Virus record (IMG/VR): IMGVR_UViG_3300027816_000052
Location: 1 to 64,000 of that record
Strand: one strand, 5' to 3'
Length of the DNA: 64,000 bases
Numbering within the stretch: position 1 is the first letter of the stretch; every line of letters starts with the position of its first letter. Positions 42,248 through 50,776 of the stretch are shown one piece after another. The position numbers and the translations under genes are program-made. The notes beneath the pieces were generated by a model. That model did not search any database. It was not told where the DNA came from and was given only the letters and a program-made list of their open reading frames with translations.

Positions 42248-42414
42248 ACATTTTCTTTGTGTTAAAAATTATTTCACAAAAACCCCGGAATACATAATGG
42301 GAGCATAAAACCAATCACACTGATTTGGTTTTACTACCTCAAGATTATGTTTACGTAGATTGTTCATTTAAAATAATTTTCAATAAATATATACAAGTTT
42401 TGAAAAAAGTCAAA

Positions 42415-42819
42415 TCATTCTAATTTTTTTTCTAAATTTAAATAATCGATTGCTTTTTGTAATAATTTTACATCATCATTAAATCTACCCAAACCCAAGT
42501 TGCAGTTGTTGCATATATAACCCCTAAACGTATCAGTAAAATGACAATGATCTAAAACCCATGATGTTGTATGTTTATCACATATTGGACAATTTCCGGA
42601 TGGTGGTGGTGAATACTTAATTTTTAAATGTTTTCTTATTTCAGCTAATTTTTGATTGCAACTTTTGCATGTATTTTTTCTTCCAGCATCGATTGTTGAG
42701 AAGAATGGAAATTCGTCAATTTGTTTTTCAATATTGCAATTTCTGCATGTTTTTGTTTCTCCTGAAATAACTGGTTTTATGTTTTCTTCAGGTTCAAATA
42801 AATTTAATTGATTCATCAA
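42415..42819 (-). CDS. Endonuclease VII-like (His-Me) nuclease
   Basis: CPICD...VLDHCH...FRGYICNNCNLGLGRFNDD; N-terminal CxxC zinc motifs. Confidence 0.85.
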   Translation of the reverse strand: MMNQLNLFEPEENIKPVISGETKTCRNCNIEKQIDEFPFFSTIDAGRKNTCKSCNQKLAEIRKHLKIKYSPPPSGNCPICDKHTTSWVLDHCHFTDTFRGYICNNCNLGLGRFNDDVKLLQKAIDYLNLEKKLE

Positions 42820-42878
42820 ATTTTATTTGAACATAATGAGGTTCTGTGTTAAAGTAAACTATTCATATATTTATGGTT

Positions 42879-43697
42879 ATGAAAAAGATTAAATTAACAG
42901 AATCGGATTTATATAGAATTGTTAGAAAGGTTCTTCTTGAGCAAGATGAAAAAAAGAAAAGTTTTACATTTTCTCCGGGTTCATTTGAATCTCTTATAAC
43001 ATCATCATCAGGTGAAAGATTTGTTAAACATCTTAATAACAAATATGATAGGGTTATTGTTAATGAAGAGTTGGATTTAAGTGAAACACCAATTCAATCC
43101 TTGCCGGATAATCTTCATGTTGAGGGAAATTTGGATTTAGAAGGAACGCAAATTCAATCCTTACCGGATAATCTTCATGTTGGGGGGAATTTGTTTTTAT
43201 ATGGATGCAAAAATCTTAAATCCTTACCGGATAATCTTTATGTTGGGGGAAATTTGGAGTTAGATGGAATACCAATTCAATACTTAGGGAATAATATTCA
43301 TGTTAAGGGAAATTTGGAGTTAGATGGAATACCAATTCAATCCTTACCGGATAATCTTCATGTTGGGGGAGATTTGAGTTTAGTAGGAACACCAATTCAA
43401 TCCTTACCGGATAATCTTCATGTTGGGGGATATTTGGATTTATATGGAACACCAATTCAATCCTTACCGGATAATCTTCATGTTGGGGGAAGTTTGTATT
43501 TAAGAGGAACACCAATTCAATCCTTACCGGATAATCTTCATGTTGAGGGAGATTTGTTTTTAGGTAAAACACCAATTCAATCCTTACCGAATAATCTTGA
43601 CGTTAAGGGGACAATTTATATTAAAGGAACACCATTAAATGATAATGATGAATTGGTTAAGAAATATGAAGAAAAATATAGAATTATTAGAGTTTAA
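42879..43697 (+). CDS. LRR-like repeat protein with MKKIKLTESDL leader
   Basis: About nine tandem 20/21-aa repeats; start re-called because ATATTTAT overlaps the ATG at 42873. Confidence 0.88.
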   Translation: MKKIKLTESDLYRIVRKVLLEQDEKKKSFTFSPGSFESLITSSSGERFVKHLNNKYDRVIVNEELDLSETPIQSLPDNLHVEGNLDLEGTQIQSLPDNLHVGGNLFLYGCKNLKSLPDNLYVGGNLELDGIPIQYLGNNIHVKGNLELDGIPIQSLPDNLHVGGDLSLVGTPIQSLPDNLHVGGYLDLYGTPIQSLPDNLHVGGSLYLRGTPIQSLPDNLHVEGDLFLGKTPIQSLPNNLDVKGTIYIKGTPLNDNDELVKKYEEKYRIIRV

Positions 43698-43724
43698 TAA
43701 TAAACACATAACACACATAAAAAA

Positions 43725-44033
43725 ATGGGAATATTTGAACTAGTTAATACATTATTTGTATTATCATCGTTAGTTGTCGTTGCTTCAGAATATGCAAGCA
43801 AATATACAAAAGTTAAAGGAACGTTATCACAAATCCAATCTTGGGTAATTTCAATCCTAATTGGTATTTTTTGTGCATGGTTAAACTTTGGAGTATTCAA
43901 TGGTGTGGACACCAAAGGGGGCATTCTCTATGGAATATTAATCGGATTAATATCAAATGGAATATTTGACATGTCATTCGTTAAACAAATCTTAACAATG
44001 ATTGGTGCTAGAGCAAATACTTTAAAGGATTAA
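43725..44033 (+). CDS. Three-TM holin-like membrane protein
   Basis: Three TM helices, GLISNGIFD motif, basic tail; convergent with a lysin candidate. Confidence 0.55.
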   Translation: MGIFELVNTLFVLSSLVVVASEYASKYTKVKGTLSQIQSWVISILIGIFCAWLNFGVFNGVDTKGGILYGILIGLISNGIFDMSFVKQILTMIGARANTLKD

Positions 44034-44638
44034 ACGATATCTTTACTTTCAATTAAGGTGTAGGTAAATCTATTACCGTGGATATTTCTTGCTTTATTTA
44101 AAATTGTCATAAATTCATTAAAGTCTTTGACTCTTTTAAATACAGAACATCCTTCGCTCCAATCGTTTACAAATTGTGATTCAGTTTTTGGATTTGAACG
44201 ATGTATATTAATACCAAAAACACCCTCATGAATTGTTGCGGGGTCCATATCAAATTTCATATCTTTATTTTTATCACGATAAACTTTAACAGGTCTGTCT
44301 TGACATAAAGCATCATATTTTCCTTGGTGCTTTCTTATAATATATGCACTTCTATATTGACCCGGAACAAGAATTGCAACACCCCTTGTATTACTAAATT
44401 CTCTCACAGCTTTTGTTCCCGGATCTGTGGTAATATCCCACTCATGATATTTCCACACACCATTTTCTTTATATGTTAATGTTAATTTATCATCAAAAAC
44501 ATTTGTAACTCTTGAACCCGGTCCTGAGTTTCTAATGCTAACAACGTTAACATCAAATCCTTTATTTGAATCATCATTAAACCAAACATAACCTTTTGAT
44601 TTAAGAGCGTTTTCTATTTTTTCTTTTGAGTATAACAT
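44030..44638 (-). CDS. L,D-transpeptidase (YkuD)-like cysteine enzyme, putative lysin
   Basis: GINIHR...NDWSEGC catalytic His/Cys motif. Confidence 0.7.
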   Translation of the reverse strand: MLYSKEKIENALKSKGYVWFNDDSNKGFDVNVVSIRNSGPGSRVTNVFDDKLTLTYKENGVWKYHEWDITTDPGTKAVREFSNTRGVAILVPGQYRSAYIIRKHQGKYDALCQDRPVKVYRDKNKDMKFDMDPATIHEGVFGINIHRSNPKTESQFVNDWSEGCSVFKRVKDFNEFMTILNKARNIHGNRFTYTLIESKDIV

Positions 44639-44713
44639 GTGATATATAGTTTAACCATAAATATTATTGATTTATTTTTTATATAATTTATTTTTTCATA
44701 AAAACTTAAACAA

Positions 44714-44956
44714 ATGTCAATATTAAAAGAAGAAATCAAAGGAACGAAGATTTATAATGAAATTCAATCTTCAAATATTGTGAGAACAGAATATGATACA
44801 CAAACTGAAATTATGATAGTTGAATTTAAAAATGGTTCTAGGTTTGAGTATGAAAAAGTACCCCATAAAATATATTCTCAATTTAGATTAGCTGAATCGC
44901 AGGGAAAGTTCTTTTCATCCTCAATATCAAAAGCATATAAGTATAAAAAAATTTAA
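44714..44956 (+). CDS. KTSC-domain protein
   Basis: SSNIVRTEYD...VEFKNG..YEY..VP...AESQGKFF. Confidence 0.9.
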   Translation: MSILKEEIKGTKIYNEIQSSNIVRTEYDTQTEIMIVEFKNGSRFEYEKVPHKIYSQFRLAESQGKFFSSSISKAYKYKKI

Positions 44957-45012
44957 TAAATTTAAAAACTTATTGGTTACCATATATTTATGGTTAAAGC
45001 TTTTTTAAATAT

Positions 45013-47004
45013 ATGAGTGAAGAATCGAAAATAATTTCATCGTTTTCATTACAAGAAACATTAAATCCGAAAATTTGGGATAATTATAAAAATCCTGAAA
45101 AAGCTTCGCTTAAACCAGAAATAAGAAAGAAACTTCTTGAGATTGCTCATGAGTTTATGGATTTTATTGATATTGAGTTTTTTGTTGATGATATTATTTT
45201 TACCGGTTCTCTTTCAAATTTTAATTGGTCAGATTTTTCTGACGTTGATTTACATCTTGAAGTTGATTTTACCCAGTTTGATACTGATTCAGTTGAGTTA
45301 TATCGTGAACTGTTTAATTTAAAAAAACTCTTATTTAATACCAATCATGATATTACCATAAAGGGGTTTGAGGTTGAGCTTTATGTTCAAGATATTATTG
45401 AACCCCACACAAGTGGTGGGATTTATTCGGTTCTTTTTGATGAATGGACGGTTGTACCACAAAAAAAAGATGTTAAAATAGATAGGAATCTTTTAAAGAA
45501 AAAAATTAAAACGTGGACCAATAAAATTGATGAAATTACCGAACAAGTTAAAAATGGTGATTATGACGAATCAATTTTATTAATTAAAGAATTAAGAGAT
45601 AAGATTAAAAAATATAGAAAAGCTGGTCTTGAAAAGAATGGTGAATTTTCATATGAGAATTTGGTATTCAAATACTTAAGAAGGGGTAAATATATTGAAA
45701 GATTAATAGACTTATCCAATCAATTAAAAGATAAAAAGCTGTCTTTAGAATCGTTAAATGAAGCTAAATTAATTGGTGGTGATTTTAAATGGGGTGGTGG
45801 ACCAAAAGAACACGGTAAAAGAGCATTCGGTAATTGGCAATCTGATAACGCTTATGATTTAATGGCTCCGGTAGGTACGCCCGTTTATTCATTAACTGAT
45901 GGGACAATCACAAAAACATATTTCACTGAAGGAGGTGAAAGTGGAAAACAAACTAAAATCTATGGTTGGCAAGTAACTATAAAAGGTGATGATAATAATT
46001 TTTTTTATACCCATTTAGGTGAAATAAATCCAAACATAAAGGTTGGTAATAGAATTTCTAAAGGTGATTTAATTGGTACAATTGGCGCACCTACAAGTGG
46101 TAGAAAATGGTATCCACATTTACACATTGCGGTTCAAAATGGTGATTTAAAATCATACATAAATGATACGGCAATTATAAAAAAAGAAGAAAGTATTTTT
46201 GATAAGATTTTAAAGTTTTTAGGTCTTGAAGGATTAATAACATCAGAAGAAACAAATTTTGTTAAAGAGTTAGAAAGTTTAATACAGTCAAATACTGAGT
46301 TAAAATGGGAAAAAAATAAAAAGATAGAATATAATGATAATACTAAAACACTGCAAAGCATTCTACAATTATTAGGATATTCTTTACCCAAATGGGGTGT
46401 TGATGGAAAGTTTGGTCCTGAAACAAATACGGCTGTTATTAATTTCCAAAAAGAAAATAATTTAACACCAAATGGTGTTGTTGATAACATCACACTTAAA
46501 GTAATTCTTAAAGAATTATCAAAAATTGATTTGAATCAAGATAAAATTAGTGGAATTCAAAAAAATAAAGAAAATCTAAAAATAAACCCAACAAGTAATA
46601 AAAATAAAATTTTAAAGTTTTTAACCGATAAGGGATTAACAATAGAACAAGCATCTGGAGTAGCTGGTAATTTACAAGCAGAATCTAATTTTAATCCGAG
46701 TGCTGTTGGCGATAATGGAACATCTTTAGGTATTGCTCAATGGCATAAAAGTAGAAAAGATAATTTAATTAATTTTTGTAATTCAAAAAAACAAAATTCA
46801 GAATCACTTGATTGTCAATTAGATTTCTTGTGGAGTGAGTTAAATACAAAATATTCAAATGTTTTATCCTCTATTAAGGCAAGTAACTCTGCTGGTGATG
46901 TAGCTGAAATTTTTGCATCAAAATACGAAAAACCAAGTAGTACAGATTATAGTAAAAGAATAAATTTTGCAGAAAAAATATATAGTGATACAACAATTTC
47001 TTAA
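45013..47004 (+). CDS. Nucleotidyltransferase + M23 peptidase + PG-binding + tail-lysozyme fusion
   Basis: FTGSLSNFNWSDFSDVDLHL; YDLMAPVGTPV...YTHL...HLHI; LQLLGY...VDGKFGPET; AGNLQAESNFNP...GIAQW. Confidence 0.8.
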   Translation: MSEESKIISSFSLQETLNPKIWDNYKNPEKASLKPEIRKKLLEIAHEFMDFIDIEFFVDDIIFTGSLSNFNWSDFSDVDLHLEVDFTQFDTDSVELYRELFNLKKLLFNTNHDITIKGFEVELYVQDIIEPHTSGGIYSVLFDEWTVVPQKKDVKIDRNLLKKKIKTWTNKIDEITEQVKNGDYDESILLIKELRDKIKKYRKAGLEKNGEFSYENLVFKYLRRGKYIERLIDLSNQLKDKKLSLESLNEAKLIGGDFKWGGGPKEHGKRAFGNWQSDNAYDLMAPVGTPVYSLTDGTITKTYFTEGGESGKQTKIYGWQVTIKGDDNNFFYTHLGEINPNIKVGNRISKGDLIGTIGAPTSGRKWYPHLHIAVQNGDLKSYINDTAIIKKEESIFDKILKFLGLEGLITSEETNFVKELESLIQSNTELKWEKNKKIEYNDNTKTLQSILQLLGYSLPKWGVDGKFGPETNTAVINFQKENNLTPNGVVDNITLKVILKELSKIDLNQDKISGIQKNKENLKINPTSNKNKILKFLTDKGLTIEQASGVAGNLQAESNFNPSAVGDNGTSLGIAQWHKSRKDNLINFCNSKKQNSESLDCQLDFLWSELNTKYSNVLSSIKASNSAGDVAEIFASKYEKPSSTDYSKRINFAEKIYSDTTIS

Positions 47005-47046
47005 TTTTTTTAAAATCAACTATATTTATATATAAAAAATAATAAA

Positions 47047-47220
47047 ATGCCAGAAACAGTATCAGCGGGAACTTATAACTATGTAATACAAGATTGCGCT
47101 TGTACGGGTAATACTCAGTTTTATTCACCACATCCTGAATATGTTAACCCAAAGAATGGTGATACCGTTGTTCAAATCTCTTCCATTGAGCTTGGTGGGT
47201 TCAATGGATTAAATAATTAA
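47047..47220 (+). CDS. Small hypothetical protein (57 aa, not in ORF track)
   Basis: My translation MPETVSAGTYNY...PHPEY...IELGGFNGLNN; ATATTTAT upstream. Confidence 0.65.
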   Translation: MPETVSAGTYNYVIQDCACTGNTQFYSPHPEYVNPKNGDTVVQISSIELGGFNGLNN

Positions 47221-47232
47221 AAATATAAAAAA

Positions 47233-48420
47233 ATGGGAACATTAAAACCAGTAGGTAGTGAAAAATTACAGGGGGCGGATAAAATCGCTCGTATTATGGA
47301 AATTGCCAGATATAAAGAAGCTTTACCTAATCAAGAAAAAAATTTACAAACAGAATCATTTTCAGTTCAGTTAGCTGATGGTAATACCTATAGAATTTTA
47401 TACGAGAAGAACGGCTATATTATTCAGAAATCTGTAAATGAATCATTTGATTATATTGAACCGATGAAGAATAGAAAATATTATTCATCATATTCTGACG
47501 CATTTAAAAGAGTAAATTTGATTGCTAAGGAATTAAATACTTTGTATGAAAATAAAGACGGTGTTTCATTATTTGGTGAACAAAAAAAGTTCGTTTTAAA
47601 GGCTCCAACACCTCCCGCACCAGAAATGGCTCCCGAAATTAGTGCTCCAGCACCTAATTCCGGAATACCAGAAACACCTGCGGTTGATGATATTTCTTTA
47701 GATATTGAAACACCTTCTACTGATTTAGCGGAACCAATGACCGGTGAAGTTCCTTCAGAAACAGGTGAAGTATCGTTTAAACAAATACAAAAATTAACCG
47801 GAAAACTTGCTCAAAAATTAAGAGAATTTAAAGTTTCTGGTGAAATGTCATCAAAAGATATAAAATACGTTGTTAATTCAATATTATCTGCTTTGGATTT
47901 AACATCGCTTGAGGAGGAAGATAAAGAAGAAATTTTATCAAGATTTGATAGTGAAGATATGGATATTGACATAGAAACTGACATGAGTGCTGAAGCTGGT
48001 CTTGAAACACCGGAAGAGGAAATTCCTATGGGTGAAGGTTGGGATGTTGAGGAATCATATGAGGAGGTTGAGGAGGAAGAATCACCTGAAAATAAATTCA
48101 CAAAAGATATTATGGATTCAATTTTTTCAGAATCAAAAGTTGAATCTACATTAACAAAGTATTTTGAAAAAACAAAATCAGAAATTTTAAGTGAACAGAA
48201 AAAATATAATCAATTTAAGGAAAGTTTAAAAACTAAAATTAAACAAGAATTAAGTGAAATTAAAAAATTAGCTGAGAATACTAATCAAGAAAAAAATGCT
48301 AAAACTTTCTTACGTGAGAACCCTACTTTTAACTTTGTTGGAAAAACTAATAAGAAAAGTTTAGTGTTTGAAAATAAAGGCGAACAAATAAGAATCACAA
48401 AGGAAGGTAATGTATTATGA
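47233..48420 (+). CDS. Hypothetical acidic/Pro-rich late protein
   Basis: 395 aa in the late operon upstream of terminase. Confidence 0.7.
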   Translation: MGTLKPVGSEKLQGADKIARIMEIARYKEALPNQEKNLQTESFSVQLADGNTYRILYEKNGYIIQKSVNESFDYIEPMKNRKYYSSYSDAFKRVNLIAKELNTLYENKDGVSLFGEQKKFVLKAPTPPAPEMAPEISAPAPNSGIPETPAVDDISLDIETPSTDLAEPMTGEVPSETGEVSFKQIQKLTGKLAQKLREFKVSGEMSSKDIKYVVNSILSALDLTSLEEEDKEEILSRFDSEDMDIDIETDMSAEAGLETPEEEIPMGEGWDVEESYEEVEEEESPENKFTKDIMDSIFSESKVESTLTKYFEKTKSEILSEQKKYNQFKESLKTKIKQELSEIKKLAENTNQEKNAKTFLRENPTFNFVGKTNKKSLVFENKGEQIRITKEGNVL

Positions 48421-48818
48421 GTCATCTAGTATATGTGAACGGGTTAGGACCAAATTATAAAGGTGAACATATATATGAATTTATTTTTTCAGAATCTGAT
48501 GAAATTAGTGGTGATTATTGGGACGCAAAACCATCGCATGGTCAACCAAAACCTCCAGATTTGGAGTATGTAAAAAAAGTTGGTATACTTAGAAATAGTG
48601 GTGTTATTTTTGACTTAATACAGAACTCTGACGTTTTTGGAATGGAAGACGCTGTAGATGGTATTATAGCATTAGCTTGGGAAAACGACGAAACTAAAAC
48701 TAATTTTAAAAAATTGGTATTCTTATTTGGTGAAGAAGAAAAAATTATAAAAGATAAACTATATTCAAGAGATTTAATTCTTGAATTTGAAAAAGAAATG
48801 AGTTATGAAATCGATTAA
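48417..48818 (+). CDS. Hypothetical protein
   Basis: 133 aa, overlapping operon gene. Confidence 0.7.
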   Translation: MSHLVYVNGLGPNYKGEHIYEFIFSESDEISGDYWDAKPSHGQPKPPDLEYVKKVGILRNSGVIFDLIQNSDVFGMEDAVDGIIALAWENDETKTNFKKLVFLFGEEEKIIKDKLYSRDLILEFEKEMSYEID

Positions 48819-49503
48819 AGAAAAATACAACGAATTAATTCAAAAAGGTTTTTCCAAAAAAACCCTTTATTCTTTAAATGAGACTGAACTTTCAGATCTT
48901 CATAAGCTAATTACTGAACAAGTAAAACAAACAACTAAACAAGTTACAACCACAACAATTCCCTCGTCTGTTGCAAAATCAACCGGTGCTAATGTTGGTA
49001 ATGTCGATATAAAACAGGACGCTTCCGGAAATATTGTTGCAACAAAAATGGAGGGTGAAATGAAAGAAGGTGGAAAGAAAAAAGTAAATCCTTGGGCGGT
49101 TTGTACTTCAAATATGGGTAAAAAGTTTGGTACAACTGAAAGAAGTGAGTGGAATAAAGAACAAATGGATGAATATGAGCGTTGTATTATGGATGTTAAA
49201 AAATCCGCAAAAAAATATAAGAAAAAAATTGATGAAGAATTGGAAAAACAACTTGTAAAGTTAGTTGAAAAGCATATCTCACCAAGAATGACTAAGGGTG
49301 ATTTACTTAATTTAATTGAGCAAGGAACAAAAGAAGCGCCAACAAAACCTAAAGAAAAGGAAAAGGAGCGTACAAAACCTTGGCATCCCGGAAGAGATCC
49401 CCGTCCCGGTGTTGAACCAGCACCGAAAGCTAAAAAATCGGATGAGAAGAAAAAAGAGGATATTATGAAAATAATTGCAAAAATATTAAACAATAATGAG
49501 TAA
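48805..49503 (+). CDS. Hypothetical protein
   Basis: 232 aa; NPWAVC...YERCI motif. Confidence 0.7.
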   Translation: MKSIKEKYNELIQKGFSKKTLYSLNETELSDLHKLITEQVKQTTKQVTTTTIPSSVAKSTGANVGNVDIKQDASGNIVATKMEGEMKEGGKKKVNPWAVCTSNMGKKFGTTERSEWNKEQMDEYERCIMDVKKSAKKYKKKIDEELEKQLVKLVEKHISPRMTKGDLLNLIEQGTKEAPTKPKEKEKERTKPWHPGRDPRPGVEPAPKAKKSDEKKKEDIMKIIAKILNNNE

Positions 49504-50740
49504 AAAATTTAAATTATCTGAAGCTCCGGTTGATTATGGTGATTATCCGGAAAGAATGGACCCAGAAACTGAAAGAAAAGTTTCAAGTCCCGAAAATCCA
49601 TTTGCAAAAGCATTAAGAGGTGGTGTTTCTGATGTTGAAAAATTAATCGGTTCTCGATTTAAAAAAGTCGTTGATAAACTCAAAGCTGCGACTGGAATTG
49701 AGGATTTGAGCAATCATGAGGTTACTAGTAGCTTGGTCAAAGATTTGTTTAATAATATAAATAGCGTTGTTCAAATTGAATCGAGATATAAAGAAGAGTT
49801 AACAGAATTAGCGATTAAATTAGCGATAGACGCTGCTGATGCTGAAGAAGATTGGTATGAGATTGAGGCTCGTCTTAATCCGATTGGGATTGATACTTCA
49901 AAGTTTAGATTGAAAAAAGAAGCGCCGCCCAAATTTCAACCCTCAACTTCATTTGAAATGGATACTTTAACAGATGAGGAAAAATTTGAATTAGAAAAGG
50001 CAAAAAGAAATATAATTAATGCTATTGTACAAGGCTCATCAAAAAAAGGACATTATATTTTTCAATTACCAGAAGTTAAAGAAAAGTTAGATGAAATTAA
50101 TCCTTCGTTATATGATTTTTACTCTAAAATAATGGCGGTTAATGATATTATGTATTTTACTATGGATAAGCTTATTGAAGCTGCGAGTAAAACTGGTCGG
50201 GGTGTTGCTGGTAAAGTACAAACAATGAGTAATGATGATGAAGACGATGAAAATGCACCAGACATAAAAATTGTTGCTGAAGGATTAATGTTTCCGATAT
50301 TAGTTCATGAAATAATAAAAGGTATTGAGGAAGCAAAAGCTAAATATGGTTTACCCGAAGACCCTGAAATGGCGATGAAAGTTATGGGTCAAACAGATGT
50401 TCTTTCTCAGGAACCCATGCAATTAAGAATTGGACCTGAATTAGTGGAGAAAATAAAGTTTGCGTTACCCGCAGAAATTTTTGAACCCGAAAATAAAGGT
50501 TTAATTAGCTTTTTCCAAACTGAACTTTATTCTTTACCAGCTAAAGAATTCTTAGATGTTATTAGTGATATTGTTTCTGAAAATGATGCTGAGAATAGAA
50601 ACGGAATAAAAAAATTCAATGATTTATTGAAAATTGCAAAAAACAAAAAAAACCAATACGACAAATCAAAAAAATCAACTGATTCGGGTGATGATGAGGA
50701 TGAGGAATTTGGTTCATTTTTAAAGGACTTAGGTTTATAA
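49496..50740 (+). CDS. Hypothetical protein
   Basis: 414 aa immediately upstream of terminase. Confidence 0.7.
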   Translation: MSKKFKLSEAPVDYGDYPERMDPETERKVSSPENPFAKALRGGVSDVEKLIGSRFKKVVDKLKAATGIEDLSNHEVTSSLVKDLFNNINSVVQIESRYKEELTELAIKLAIDAADAEEDWYEIEARLNPIGIDTSKFRLKKEAPPKFQPSTSFEMDTLTDEEKFELEKAKRNIINAIVQGSSKKGHYIFQLPEVKEKLDEINPSLYDFYSKIMAVNDIMYFTMDKLIEAASKTGRGVAGKVQTMSNDDEDDENAPDIKIVAEGLMFPILVHEIIKGIEEAKAKYGLPEDPEMAMKVMGQTDVLSQEPMQLRIGPELVEKIKFALPAEIFEPENKGLISFFQTELYSLPAKEFLDVISDIVSENDAENRNGIKKFNDLLKIAKNKKNQYDKSKKSTDSGDDEDEEFGSFLKDLGL

Positions 50741-50776
50741 AATCACTCTATTAGTTATTCTAATAGATAATATATA

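Noticed and set aside
43080-43600. CRISPR-like array of 60-nt repeats
   Set aside because: The units are in-frame coding repeats with short variable codons rather than unique spacers, and there are no cas genes.
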